Assembly: GCA_902619825.1 (NCBI GenBank)
Contig: CACNFT010000001.1
Coordinates: forward strand, 135,529-199,528
Reading direction: 5' to 3'
Length of the DNA stretch: 64,000 bases
Source of the DNA: an uncultured Candidatus Actinomarina sp.
GTDB taxonomy: Bacteria > Actinomycetota > Acidimicrobiia > Actinomarinales > Actinomarinaceae
A model generated the notes under the pieces. The model worked only from the letters and a program-made list of their open reading frames with translations, had not been told where the DNA came from and made no database searches. The translations under genes and the position numbers were made by a program. Shown here piece after piece: positions 27,705 through 37,928 of this stretch (the first letter of the stretch is position 1; the number at the start of each line of letters is the position of its first letter).

Positions 27705-28913
27705 ATGGAAGAAAATGAATTTAGACAACAAGAACTTTTCGAGACCGAAAAGTATATTTCAGATTTATTAGAAGAAAAAACAAAAAGAAAATCTTCATCC
27801 TTTAATGTGATATTTTTATCTTCATTTTTTACCAGTGTCATAGTTTTATCGTTTTTATTCTTTTTTGGTGTATTTGAAGAAGAAGAAGTAGTTTTGCCGG
27901 AACCAATTACGATTACTGAAACAGTAAAAGAAAAAGAGCTGATTATGCCTCGTGTTGACTCTACTGAAGTTGTTTCTGTTGCAGAAATTGCAACAAAAAC
28001 AATCGTCCAGCTTCAAGTTGGCGAGCTAAATCAAGATGGTGAATTTATATCTGTTGGTGGTGGTTCAGGAGTAGTTATAGATGAAAAAGGATTAATCATC
28101 ACAAACCATCATGTGATAGAAGGAACAACTGATGTAAGAGTTATTTTTGAAGACGGACGAATGTATGAAGCAACAATTATTGGTTCTGACAGGTTGACTG
28201 ATATTGGTGTTGTTAAAATTGAGAACGAAAATCTCTCACCAATAAATTTTGGTAATAGCGAAGCAATCCTTGTTGGTGATTTAGCTGTTGCAATAGGTCA
28301 TCCCTTAACACTTGGAGCAGCTCCTACAGTAACTACAGGTGTTATATCGGCACTTGATAGGCGACTCGATGTTGGGAGTGAGAGTATGAATGATGCGGTT
28401 ACTTTATTTGGTCTTATTCAAACAGACGCACCTATCACAAGAGGTTCAAGTGGAGGGGCACTACTAAATCAAAAAGGAGAACTGATTGGAATTACTACTG
28501 CAATTGCAACAGCAGATGTTGGAGCAGAGGGCTTGGGATTTGCTGTCCCAATAAATCTCGCTCTGGGAATTGTCGAAGACATTCTTGATGATGGAAAAGT
28601 TTTACACGCATTTTTAGGAATTCTTGGAGCGCAATACTTTGAAGTTGCCGATGATGGAGCAAGAATATTTTCAGGTGTTGTAATCGAGGAGCTCTACGGA
28701 CCTGCAAATGATATCTATGCAATAGGAAAAGCTGGTGCGTTACCAGATGATGTTATTAAGAAAATTAATGATATCAATATCACAACACTCGACCAGTTAA
28801 TAACTATTTTAAGAAGTAAAAGAGCAGGTGATCCTATTACTGTTGAAATACTAAGAGGTACAAATACAATAATTTTGGATTTCACCCTTGATTTAAGACC
28901 ATCTGATGTTTAA
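27705..28913 (+). CDS. HtrA/DegP-family trypsin-like serine protease with PDZ domain
   Basis: Catalytic His (TNHHV) and Ser (GSSGGALL) motifs, an N-terminal TM segment and a C-terminal PDZ domain. Confidence 0.8.
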   Translation: MEENEFRQQELFETEKYISDLLEEKTKRKSSSFNVIFLSSFFTSVIVLSFLFFFGVFEEEEVVLPEPITITETVKEKELIMPRVDSTEVVSVAEIATKTIVQLQVGELNQDGEFISVGGGSGVVIDEKGLIITNHHVIEGTTDVRVIFEDGRMYEATIIGSDRLTDIGVVKIENENLSPINFGNSEAILVGDLAVAIGHPLTLGAAPTVTTGVISALDRRLDVGSESMNDAVTLFGLIQTDAPITRGSSGGALLNQKGELIGITTAIATADVGAEGLGFAVPINLALGIVEDILDDGKVLHAFLGILGAQYFEVADDGARIFSGVVIEELYGPANDIYAIGKAGALPDDVIKKINDINITTLDQLITILRSKRAGDPITVEILRGTNTIILDFTLDLRPSDV

Positions 28914-29965
28914 TGTCTGAAGATATTTTCTCCCAATTTTTCAATCTTTTCAACAATGAAGAATCCGGTGTCAATTGGGAGCTAGCTAAACAAATCAATA
29001 ATCATATAACAAAGGATGAGGAGGTCTTGCCATTAGAACTGTCTAATAAAGATTTAAATTTTGAGCAAATTTTCAGAGTAATTGAGCTTAAATCTGATGA
29101 GTTTATAAGCTACGAAACTGCTCCTAAAGAAATAAGATTGATGACACCCAAAGATTACGGACTATGGTTCATTGATTCAATAAAACACTTTGATTTTGAA
29201 AATATAGAATCTCCTGAATTTTCAATGTTTGGTGGAATCGGTGGAAATAACATGAAATCATCTATTTTGGGAATGCAATTTGGCAATCTAGCTGGACTGT
29301 TAGGAAAATTTTCATGGGGATTAAGCCAATTTGGTATCATTCTTCCAAAATCAAATACACTTGCAATAAACCACAAAACATTTGTTTCTAAAATTACTAA
29401 TTTTGAAGCAAACGAAAACGATCTAAGTCTTGCATACTTCACTGTTGAATACGTCGCTTTATGCTTAGGAAAATATTCTCAGCCCTTTGAGAATATAATG
29501 AATACAATTTCAAAAAGTTCTGAGGACATGATTAACAAACTTAAAGATTTAAATTTAGATATGGGTCCAGAAGCTATAAACAATCCTCAAGAAATAATTT
29601 CAAATATTTCAGGGGTAGAGGGATTAGATCCAAATCAAATATTTGAGAGCATTGCGGCTCCTCTTAGTTTTTACAGATCAGTTATAAAACAAAAATCAAA
29701 AGGACTAAACCTTTTACAGGACAACAGTATTTTTGATCTACTAATGGATTTGTCATTTTCAAATTACGAAAGTCCTACAAAAGACATCGAAACAAAAATT
29801 TCTGAATTAGATTTTTACTCTGACGGTTTCTTAAATTATCTAAATGATTCACAATCTACATTTACATTGGACGATATTCTTGGTTCGACAGAATTGATTC
29901 CAACCTTAGATGAATTGCATGATCCTATTTCATGGGCAGCCCGTACATCTTTACCTCCTATATAA
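28913..29965 (+). CDS. Conserved hypothetical protein, 350 aa
   Basis: Complete ORF translationally coupled to htrA (ATGA overlap). It has no HExxH motif and I recognise no family. Confidence 0.5.
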   Translation: MSEDIFSQFFNLFNNEESGVNWELAKQINNHITKDEEVLPLELSNKDLNFEQIFRVIELKSDEFISYETAPKEIRLMTPKDYGLWFIDSIKHFDFENIESPEFSMFGGIGGNNMKSSILGMQFGNLAGLLGKFSWGLSQFGIILPKSNTLAINHKTFVSKITNFEANENDLSLAYFTVEYVALCLGKYSQPFENIMNTISKSSEDMINKLKDLNLDMGPEAINNPQEIISNISGVEGLDPNQIFESIAAPLSFYRSVIKQKSKGLNLLQDNSIFDLLMDLSFSNYESPTKDIETKISELDFYSDGFLNYLNDSQSTFTLDDILGSTELIPTLDELHDPISWAARTSLPPI

Positions 29966-30003
29966 TCATTACTGTTAAAGTAAAAAGCAAAAGGAGAAAA
30001 TAA

Positions 30004-30462
30004 ATGAGTTTAAACATAGGTGATAAAATTCCAGATTTTTCATTAGTAAATTATGACAAAGAATCTTTTAATTCAGAAGATTTTCTTGGTAAAAAAACTA
30101 TGTTTGTCTTCATGCCATTTCCTTTCAGTTCTGTATGTGATGGAGAAATATGCGAACTTAGAGACAATATTGATGCATTTAAATCTGCCGATACTGATAC
30201 AGTAATGATTACAGTTGCTGCAGGGCCAACTAACAGAGCTTGGGCAAATCACTACAATATTGAATTCCCAATCTTGGCAGACTTTTGGCCTCATGGGGAA
30301 GTATCGAAACAATTTGGATGTTTTCATGATGGAGTTGGAATCTCTTTAAGGTATACCTACATCACTAACGAAGAAAATGTAATAACTGAGATAATAAAAA
30401 GTGATGAAATTGGAGTGGAAAGAGACTTCGAGGCTTATAAAGAAAAATTTAGTATTTCTTAA
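30004..30462 (+). CDS. Peroxiredoxin-like (AhpC/TSA/redoxin family) protein
   Basis: The motif FPFSSVCDGE resembles the peroxidatic Cys context; an AAGGAG RBS lies 8 nt upstream. Confidence 0.6.
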   Translation: MSLNIGDKIPDFSLVNYDKESFNSEDFLGKKTMFVFMPFPFSSVCDGEICELRDNIDAFKSADTDTVMITVAAGPTNRAWANHYNIEFPILADFWPHGEVSKQFGCFHDGVGISLRYTYITNEENVITEIIKSDEIGVERDFEAYKEKFSIS

Positions 30463-30740
30463 CCAACGTCCCTAATGTCTGTGTCATGAATTCTCTGTCG
30501 TTTGATTCTTCTTCTTTCTCTTTCAGAAAGTCCGCCCCAGATTCCAAATTTTTCTGAGTTTTCAATAGCAAACTCCAAACAGTCTTCTTGTACAGAACAA
30601 GCTCTACAAATTGATTTAGCTTTTCTAGTTGAGGCACCTCTTTCAGGAAAAAATATATCTGCATCAGCCCCTTTACAATTTGCTTCTTCCGTCCAGGAAG
30701 GCATTCCACCTAAGAGTTCCTCAATTATTGAATTTTCCAC
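30459..30740 (-). CDS. WhiB-family Fe-S transcriptional regulator
   Basis: Four Cys in the WhiB pattern (C-x22-C-x2-C-x5-C), a GIWGG turn and a basic C-terminus. Confidence 0.85.
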   Translation of the reverse strand: MENSIIEELLGGMPSWTEEANCKGADADIFFPERGASTRKAKSICRACSVQEDCLEFAIENSEKFGIWGGLSERERRRIKRQRIHDTDIRDVG

Positions 30741-30822
30741 ATCACCCCTTTAACTATTGAAAACTAAATCACATATGTGTAATTTATTATTGTATTATCG
30801 TTATGTCAAGGGGCTAATCTTC

Positions 30823-30866
30823 TAATTAATTAACAATAATATACCTTTTGTAGGATAATTAATTAA
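30823..30866. promoter_or_regulatory. Two identical TAATTAATTAA 11-mers 33 bp apart in the whiB/sdhC divergent region; candidate operator
   Basis: Copies lie at 30823-30833 and 30856-30866. The second overlaps the sdhC ATG. Confidence 0.25.
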
Positions 30867-31327
30867 TGGCATATCAACGAATTGTTTCTACAGGTTCGAT
30901 TTATAAAGGAAAGACTGGAATGTGGCTCTATATATTTCATAGAGTTACTGGTGTTGGTCTTTTTGGATATCTTCTCTTACACATAATATCAACAGCATTG
31001 ATTCTTCTTGGACCAGAAATTTATGAAGGTGCTGAAGCAATCTACAAAAACTTTTACTTTAGAGTTGCCGAAATTGGACTAATGGCTGCGGTACTTGGTC
31101 ATGCTATAAATGGATTACGAATAATTGCCGTAGATTTATGGGCAAAAGGCTCTGATTATCAAAAACAACTAAATTTTGCATCATTGTTTGTATTTTTGAT
31201 AATTTTTGTACCAACTACCTACAAAATGACTACTTCATATTTTGACTTATGTCTTGAAAAAAGCTCAGAGGGCACCACCATAGTTGATTGTATGATTAGG
31301 CCGATACCAGATTGGAAGACAAGATAA
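30866..31327 (+). CDS. sdhC: Succinate dehydrogenase cytochrome b subunit SdhC
   Basis: 3-TM protein directly upstream of sdhDAB. Confidence 0.7.
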   Translation: MAYQRIVSTGSIYKGKTGMWLYIFHRVTGVGLFGYLLLHIISTALILLGPEIYEGAEAIYKNFYFRVAEIGLMAAVLGHAINGLRIIAVDLWAKGSDYQKQLNFASLFVFLIIFVPTTYKMTTSYFDLCLEKSSEGTTIVDCMIRPIPDWKTR

Positions 31328-31722
31328 TGCAGACAACAAGAACTGATTGGGGAAGACGTCAACCACCTGTTGGTGGATCTAGTTTTGAGCTCCAAGCGTG
31401 GTTTTTTATGCGAGTAAGTGGACTTGTGCTTGTATTTCTTGCTGTTTGGCATATGTTCATTATGCATGTCTTTAATGACACGTTGAACTTAGATTATAAT
31501 TTTGTGGCGGCAAGGTGGGAAACTCCTTACTGGAGAGCATTTGATTGGCTTTTATTAACATTGAGCCTTTTACATGGAACAAATGGATTGAGAGTAGTTA
31601 TTCATGACAATCTAGCTGATAAAACAATTCGAAAACTTGCACACAGTGCTCTTTACAGTACATCTTTAATTTTCTTTATAATAGGAACATATGCAATTGT
31701 TGCATTTGTAAGACAAGTATGA
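31312..31722 (+). CDS. sdhD: Succinate dehydrogenase membrane anchor SdhD
   Basis: Small hydrophobic protein in the operon position. Confidence 0.65.
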   Translation: MEDKIMQTTRTDWGRRQPPVGGSSFELQAWFFMRVSGLVLVFLAVWHMFIMHVFNDTLNLDYNFVAARWETPYWRAFDWLLLTLSLLHGTNGLRVVIHDNLADKTIRKLAHSALYSTSLIFFIIGTYAIVAFVRQV

Positions 31723-33461
31723 AAATAGTAAAACATTCATTTGATGGAGTAATAGTTGGTGCTGGTGGAGCAGGTCTTAGGGCTGCGATAGAAGCAGCAC
31801 CGCATATGAAGCTTGCTGTCATAACAAAACTTTATCCTACAAGATCTCACACAGGTGCAGCTCAAGGTGGGATGAGTGCCGCTCTTGCAAATGTTGAAGA
31901 AGATAACTGGAACTGGCACGCTTTCGATACCGTCAAAGGTTCAGATTATCTTGCAGACCAACCTGCAGTAGATATTTTATGTAAAGAGGCAATTGATGCC
32001 GTGATTGAATTGGAGCACTGGGGATTACCATTTAGTAGATTAGATAATGGAAAAATTGCACAAAGAAGGTTTGGTGGTCACACTGTAAAAGAAGGTGAGT
32101 CTCCTGCTTTCAGAGCTTGTTATGCAGCTGATAGAACTGGTCATATGATTCTTCAGACTCTTTATCAAAAATGTGTATCTATGGGAGTAACTTTTTTTGA
32201 TGAATTTCAAGTTCTAGATATCAAGATTGAGGATGGTATCTGCCAAGGTGTTATTGCCTATGAACTTGCAACCGGAGATATACATATTTTTGAAACTAGA
32301 GCAGTTACATTTGCAACTGGTGGTTTTGGTAAAATATTTAAAGTTAGCTCTAATGCTCACTCTTTAACTGGTGATGGACCAGGGATTTTGTATCAAAAAG
32401 GTATACCTTTGGAAGATATGGAGTTTTATCAATTTCATCCAACTGGAATATATAGATTAGGTATTTTGCTTTCAGAGGCAGCGAGAGGTGAGGGTGGAAT
32501 TCTAAGAAATAAAGATGGAGAGAGATTTATGGAAAGATATGCTCCGTCAATTAAAGATTTAGCACCTAGGGATATGGTTTCAAGAGCTATAGCTACTGAA
32601 ATAAGTGAAGGCAATGGTGCGGGACCTGATAGCGATTACGTTTATTTAGATTTGACTCACCTTGGTGCAGAAACAATAAAGAAAAAATTACCTGACATAA
32701 CTGATTTTGTCAGAACATATGTGAAAATTGAACCGATTGAAGAACCTATACCTGTTCAACCTACAGCACACTACGCTATGGGAGGCATCCCAACAGATGT
32801 TTATTCACGTGTACTTAGTGATGAAAAAGGAACAGTTCTACCAGGAGTTTATGCTGCTGGAGAAGCAGCATGTGTAAGTGTTCATGGTGCTAATAGATTA
32901 GGTACTAATTCACTCCTAGATATAGTTGTTTTTGGTAAAAGAGCAGGTCAAAGCATGGTTGATTACGTAACTCAAACAAAACCAAATAGCATTAGTGACA
33001 GTGCATCTGATGATCTTTCGAAAAAGATACAAAATCTTATTGATAAAGAACATACTGATGAATTTTCTGTAGCAAATATTAGAAAAGACCTTCAAGAATC
33101 TATGGAAGAGAATGCAAAAATATTTAGAACTAAAGAGACTTTAGAAAAACAAACAGAGATATTAGAAGAACTAAGAGACAGATACGAAAATGTTACAATT
33201 TTTGATAAAAGTAAGGTGCATAATTCAGAGCTTGTCGAGGCTATTGAGTTAGATTACCTATTAGATATGTCCGAGGCTACTGTAGCAAGCGCACTTGCTC
33301 GCAATGAGTCAAGAGGGGCTCACTCAAGACAAGATTTTCCTGATCGTGATGATACAAACTTTATGAAACATTCCTTTGCGTTTAAAAAAGATAACACAGC
33401 AAATCTAAAGTACAAAGATGTAGAATTAGGAAAATATGAACCAATGGAACGTAAATACTAA
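31719..33461 (+). CDS. sdhA: Succinate dehydrogenase flavoprotein subunit SdhA
   Basis: FAD motif VGAGGAGLRAA, the covalent-FAD His context RSHTGAAQGG, and the active-site HPTG. Confidence 0.9.
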   Translation: MKIVKHSFDGVIVGAGGAGLRAAIEAAPHMKLAVITKLYPTRSHTGAAQGGMSAALANVEEDNWNWHAFDTVKGSDYLADQPAVDILCKEAIDAVIELEHWGLPFSRLDNGKIAQRRFGGHTVKEGESPAFRACYAADRTGHMILQTLYQKCVSMGVTFFDEFQVLDIKIEDGICQGVIAYELATGDIHIFETRAVTFATGGFGKIFKVSSNAHSLTGDGPGILYQKGIPLEDMEFYQFHPTGIYRLGILLSEAARGEGGILRNKDGERFMERYAPSIKDLAPRDMVSRAIATEISEGNGAGPDSDYVYLDLTHLGAETIKKKLPDITDFVRTYVKIEPIEEPIPVQPTAHYAMGGIPTDVYSRVLSDEKGTVLPGVYAAGEAACVSVHGANRLGTNSLLDIVVFGKRAGQSMVDYVTQTKPNSISDSASDDLSKKIQNLIDKEHTDEFSVANIRKDLQESMEENAKIFRTKETLEKQTEILEELRDRYENVTIFDKSKVHNSELVEAIELDYLLDMSEATVASALARNESRGAHSRQDFPDRDDTNFMKHSFAFKKDNTANLKYKDVELGKYEPMERKY

Positions 33462-34156
33462 TGGATATTAATTTAAAAATTCTAAGGTATGATCCAGAAT
33501 CAGATAGAAAAGGGCACTGGGAAAACTATATTGTAGATGCTGAACCAGAAGAAAGAATTCTAGATTTACTGCACAAAATTAAATGGTTTGAAGATGGTTC
33601 ACTCTCATTTAGAAGATCTTGTGCTCACGGAGTATGTGGTTCTGATGCGATGGTCATCAACGGTGAAAATATGCTTGCTTGCCAGGTATTAGTTAAAGAA
33701 GTTGGAAATCCTATAAAAATTGAACCGATACGTGGCCTTCCTGTTGTCAAAGATTTGATTGTTGACATGGAACCATTTTTCGATAGTTATAAAAAGGTGA
33801 TGCCTTATCTAATTAATGAAAAAGAACCTGGAGATAGAGAAAGATTACAGTCTCCAGAGGATAGAGATAAGTTTGAAGATACTACAAAATGTATTTTGTG
33901 TGCAGCCTGTACAACTAGCTGTCCTGTATTTTGGACTGCAGAAACATATGTTGGGCCAGCAGCAATTGTAAATGCACACAGATTTGTTTTCGATTCTAGA
34001 GATGAAGGTACAAAGCAAAGGCTTGAAATTTTGAAAGATGTCAATGGTGCATTTAGATGTAGAACAGCATTCAACTGTACATCAGCGTGTCCACGAGGCA
34101 TACAAGTAACAAAAGCAATTGAGGACATCAAGCGAGAGACACTCCTAAATAGTTAA
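33461..34156 (+). CDS. sdhB: Succinate dehydrogenase iron-sulfur subunit SdhB
   Basis: 2Fe-2S CxxxxC...C and 4Fe-4S CxxCxxC...CP motifs. Confidence 0.9.
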   Translation: MDINLKILRYDPESDRKGHWENYIVDAEPEERILDLLHKIKWFEDGSLSFRRSCAHGVCGSDAMVINGENMLACQVLVKEVGNPIKIEPIRGLPVVKDLIVDMEPFFDSYKKVMPYLINEKEPGDRERLQSPEDRDKFEDTTKCILCAACTTSCPVFWTAETYVGPAAIVNAHRFVFDSRDEGTKQRLEILKDVNGAFRCRTAFNCTSACPRGIQVTKAIEDIKRETLLNS

Positions 34157-34446
34157 TGACTGACCTAAATAGTGATATTGAAGAAGTTATAAAGAACTTA
34201 AAACTTTCTGAAAAAAAATCGTTAAACAATATATATCTTCAATTGATAGATGAAAGAGATGAAAACACTTTTATAAATTTAGATACTGGAGAAATTACAA
34301 AAGAACTTTCTCACAAAAATTATGGATTGATAATAAAAATGTCTATTCAAACATTTAACGAATTAAAAAATAATGAAAAACACCCAGAAGATTTAATGTT
34401 TGAAGAGAAAATTAAGATTTCTGGCGATCTTAAGTTAATACAGTAA
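34156..34446 (+). CDS. Small SCP2-like protein, 96 aa
   Basis: The C-terminal KIKISGDLKLIQ resembles the SCP-2 fold terminus. Confidence 0.4.
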   Translation: MTDLNSDIEEVIKNLKLSEKKSLNNIYLQLIDERDENTFINLDTGEITKELSHKNYGLIIKMSIQTFNELKNNEKHPEDLMFEEKIKISGDLKLIQ

Positions 34447-34474
34447 AAAGAAAAGACGGCTATGCCGTCTTTTC
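34446..34474. terminator. Bidirectional rho-independent terminator between convergent sdh operon and hup
   Basis: AAAGACGGC-TAT-GCCGTCTTT: a perfect 9-bp stem with flanking A-run and T-run. Confidence 0.6.
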
Positions 34475-34493
34475 AAATGATTAAAATCAAGAG

Positions 34494-34766
34494 CTAGTTC
34501 AAACTATCTTTTAATCCTTTTGCAGCTTTAAAAGCTGGTGCATTTTTTGCAGCAATTTGGATTGTTTCTCCAGTTGCTGGATTTCTACCCTGTCTAGCAG
34601 CCCTGTATCTTGACTCAAACTGTCCAAATCCAGCAATACTTACTTTATCGCCATTCTTCATACCGTTTGTTATGCCATCAAAAACTGCGTCTACAGCTGC
34701 TTTTGCGTCTGATTGTGACAATCCTACTTCTGATGCCACTACGCTTGCCAATTGGTCTTTATTCAT
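34494..34766 (-). CDS. hup: DNA-binding protein HU
   Basis: MNKDQLASVVASEVGLSQSDAKAAVDAVFDGI...GRNPATGE is the HU signature. I took the internal ATG as the start, giving 90 aa. Confidence 0.85.
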   Translation of the reverse strand: MNKDQLASVVASEVGLSQSDAKAAVDAVFDGITNGMKNGDKVSIAGFGQFESRYRAARQGRNPATGETIQIAAKNAPAFKAAKGLKDSLN

Positions 34767-34871
34767 AGCTGTTTTGCCTTTCTTTAATATTCTTAAGGCA
34801 ATTATAGTTTTTTTATTAAAAATATCACAAAAATACAATAAATATTGGGTTTTTTTTCAAAAAGACTGATT

Positions 34872-35810
34872 TTATTGATTTTTTATGTTATTGAGCTCTT
34901 CAACCTTAGCTTTTACAGCGTTTGATGCATCAATTAGTGCATTTTTTTCAGGTTCGGTAAGTTCAAATTCTACTACTTCTGTGACACCATCTTTACCTAG
35001 TTTTGCAGGCACTCCTAGATATACGTCATCAATACCGTATTGACCTTCAAGCCAAGCACAAACAGGAAATATTTCATCTGAATTGTTTACTATTGATTTA
35101 ACCATGACTGCAGCTGAAGAAGCGGGAGCAAAATATGCACTCCCAGTTTTTAGCAATCCAACAATTTCAGCACCTCCATTAGAAGTTTTCTCAACCAGCT
35201 CATTTATATCAGATTCATTCAAAATATCTGTAAGAGGTTCTCCTTTCACCGTACAAAGTGATGGGACAGGGACCATTGTTTCTCCGTGGCTTCCTAAGGT
35301 TAGTGCGTATACATCAGAGGTATCAACAGAAAGCTTTTCAGCGATAAAGTATGCGAACCTCGATGAATCTAAAATTCCTGCTTGTCCCATGACTTTATTT
35401 TTAGGCAAACCAGAAACATCTGAAGCAAGAGTAGTCATTTGATCAAGTGGATTCGTCACAACAATGATCGAAGGATTGTCAGAATACTTTAATATTTCCT
35501 CAGTCACGCCTTCAACAATTTTTGCATTTACCTCTAACAAATCCATTCGAGACATTCCTGGCTTACGTGGTAAACCAGCAGTTATAACGACTACATCACT
35601 TCCTTCTGTGTCCTTATAATCATTAGTTCCTATTAGTTTTGTGTTAAATTGTTCAACAAATCGTGACTGATTGATATCTAGGGCAAGCCCTTGAGGAAGG
35701 CCTTCAACAATATCTGTCATTACGACTTCTTGTACAATATCGTACTCAGCTATTCTTAACGCTGTCATCGATCCATACTTTCCAGCTCCGACAACTGTAA
35801 CCTTATTCAT
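34872..35810 (-). CDS. mdh: Malate dehydrogenase (LDH-like type)
   Basis: NAD-binding [13 protein letters not shown] and the catalytic GSHGETMVP region. Confidence 0.9.
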   Translation of the reverse strand: MNKVTVVGAGKYGSMTALRIAEYDIVQEVVMTDIVEGLPQGLALDINQSRFVEQFNTKLIGTNDYKDTEGSDVVVITAGLPRKPGMSRMDLLEVNAKIVEGVTEEILKYSDNPSIIVVTNPLDQMTTLASDVSGLPKNKVMGQAGILDSSRFAYFIAEKLSVDTSDVYALTLGSHGETMVPVPSLCTVKGEPLTDILNESDINELVEKTSNGGAEIVGLLKTGSAYFAPASSAAVMVKSIVNNSDEIFPVCAWLEGQYGIDDVYLGVPAKLGKDGVTEVVEFELTEPEKNALIDASNAVKAKVEELNNIKNQ

Positions 35811-37060
35811 TTACTACTTCTCCCTTTTGAAGTTTTCATATTACTGATTAAAGCATTTGCAAATTCTGATGAAGAAAGAATTTTTTTGACACTTCTTCCT
35901 CGAGCAAGATCATAAGTTACTTTTCCTTCGAGAATTGTTTTCTCCATTGAGTTAACAATTAGATCAGCAGCACTATTCCAACCCATATATCGAAACATCA
36001 TTACTCCTGACAAAATTAATGATCCTGGATTTGTTTTATCTTGACCAGCATATTTAGGAGCAGTACCATGTGTTGCTTCAAAAACTGCTTTTCCATTTTC
36101 ATAGTTTATGTTTCCTCCTGGACTGATACCAATGCCCCCTATTTGAGCTGCTAAGGCGTCAGAAGCATAATCTCCATTGAGATTCGTTGTAGCAATTACA
36201 TCAAACATTTGTGGTTTAATTAAGATTTGCTGTAAAAATGCATCTGCAATAACATCTTGTACTAATATTTTATCTCCAGGATCACCACCACAATCCTCCC
36301 ATGAAACCGCAACATCTGAAAATTCTGACTTTACAAGGTCGTAACCCCATTTTCTAAATGCACCTTCAGTAAACTTCATAATGTTTCCTTTATGCACTAA
36401 AGCAACATTTTTTTTATCATTTTCTACGGCATAATTAAGTGCTGCTCTTATCAGCCTTTCAGAAGCAGTCTGAGATATTGGTTTTATTCCAATCCCGCTG
36501 TCTATTCTTATATCCCATCCAAATTCCTGTTTTAAAAAATTATTAAGTTTTTCAACATCTTCTGAGGAATTTTCTAGTTCTTTTCCTGCATAGACATCTT
36601 CGGTATTTTCTCTAAATAAAGTGATATCTACATCTTGTGGGTTTTTTGTAGGAGTTTGAATACCTTTGAAATATTTGATAGGCCTCAAGCAAACATATAG
36701 ATCAAGTTCTTGTCTTATTGCAACATTGATAGATCTTATTCCTTCACCTACAGGTGTAGTTAATGGACCTTTTATACCCACACCATATTCATTAAATGTT
36801 TCTAAAGTTTTATCTGGAAGCCACTCAGAAGTTGTATCATAAGCTTTTTGTCCCGCTAAAACTTCTATCCAATTAATCTTTCTATCATTTTTGTAAGTTT
36901 TTTCGACTGCAGCATCAAAAACTTTTTTTGCAGCTGGCCAAATATCGATACCAATTCCATCCCCCTCAATGAAAGGAACAGTAGGATTGTCAGTATCAAA
37001 AGATTTTCTTGTCTCCTCAATAGCATTAATTAGATCTGTTCTTTTTAAATTTTCAGCCAT
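35807..37060 (-). CDS. icd: Isocitrate dehydrogenase (NADP)
   Basis: Close match to the prokaryotic Icd N-terminus ([13 protein letters not shown] ... [33 protein letters not shown]). Confidence 0.9.
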   Translation of the reverse strand: MAENLKRTDLINAIEETRKSFDTDNPTVPFIEGDGIGIDIWPAAKKVFDAAVEKTYKNDRKINWIEVLAGQKAYDTTSEWLPDKTLETFNEYGVGIKGPLTTPVGEGIRSINVAIRQELDLYVCLRPIKYFKGIQTPTKNPQDVDITLFRENTEDVYAGKELENSSEDVEKLNNFLKQEFGWDIRIDSGIGIKPISQTASERLIRAALNYAVENDKKNVALVHKGNIMKFTEGAFRKWGYDLVKSEFSDVAVSWEDCGGDPGDKILVQDVIADAFLQQILIKPQMFDVIATTNLNGDYASDALAAQIGGIGISPGGNINYENGKAVFEATHGTAPKYAGQDKTNPGSLILSGVMMFRYMGWNSAADLIVNSMEKTILEGKVTYDLARGRSVKKILSSSEFANALISNMKTSKGRSSK

Positions 37061-37928
37061 TTATAACATCTTTCATTGCTTTTCCTATTTCAGTTGGCGT
37101 CTTAACAACTATTGCACCAGCATCAGTTAAAGCTTGAATCTTTGCTTCTGCGGTGCCTTTGTTTCCTGAAACAATTGCTCCAGCATGGCCCATTTTTTTA
37201 CCAGGAGGTGCAGTTACACCAGCTATATATGACACAACAGGTTTTGTGACATTTTGTTTAATAAAATCTCCTGCTTCCTCTTCAGCTGTACCACCAATCT
37301 CTCCAATCATAACGATACCTTCTGTTTCACTATCTGCTTGAAATTTCTCAATTACATCTATGAATGACATTCCAGGTACTGGATCTCCACCAATACCTAT
37401 ACACGTTGATTGTCCAATATTAAGATTTGTTAGCTCATGAACAGCTTGATACGTCAAAGTTCCTGACCTTGAAACTACTCCTATATTTCCCGGCAATGTA
37501 ATTTCGTGAGGCATAATTCCAACATTTGCCTTACCCGGTGATATTAAACCTGGACAATTTGGACCTAAAAGAGATGCTTTTGTTTCTTTTTTCAGAATGT
37601 CATACATTTCAGCTTCATCTTTTGCCGGTATTCCTTCAGTTATACATACTATTAATTCACATCCACCAAACGCCGCTTCTAACACTGCATCTTTTGCAAA
37701 TGCAGGTGGTACAAAGGTGAGAGCGACATTAGCATCTGTTTCACTGACAGCTTTTTCAACATCATCAAATATAGGAATGCCCTCAACATTTTCCCCACCT
37801 TTTCCTGGTCTTGTTCCAGCTACAATTTTGGTTCCATAATCTCTATTTCTCAGAGCATGAAATTGGCCTTCTCTACCGGTAAGACCTTGTACTACAACTT
37901 TTGTATTTTCATCTATGAGAATTGACAT
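37053..37928 (-). CDS. sucD: Succinyl-CoA synthetase alpha subunit
   Basis: CoA-binding VQGLTGREG and the phosphohistidine loop. Confidence 0.9.
   Translation of the reverse strand: MSILIDENTKVVVQGLTGREGQFHALRNRDYGTKIVAGTRPGKGGENVEGIPIFDDVEKAVSETDANVALTFVPPAFAKDAVLEAAFGGCELIVCITEGIPAKDEAEMYDILKKETKASLLGPNCPGLISPGKANVGIMPHEITLPGNIGVVSRSGTLTYQAVHELTNLNIGQSTCIGIGGDPVPGMSFIDVIEKFQADSETEGIVMIGEIGGTAEEEAGDFIKQNVTKPVVSYIAGVTAPPGKKMGHAGAIVSGNKGTAEAKIQALTDAGAIVVKTPTEIGKAMKDVING

Noticed and set aside
30449-30709. 86-aa minus-strand ORF overlapping whiB in another frame
   Set aside because: The WhiB frame has the complete four-Cys Fe-S signature; this alternate frame has no features.
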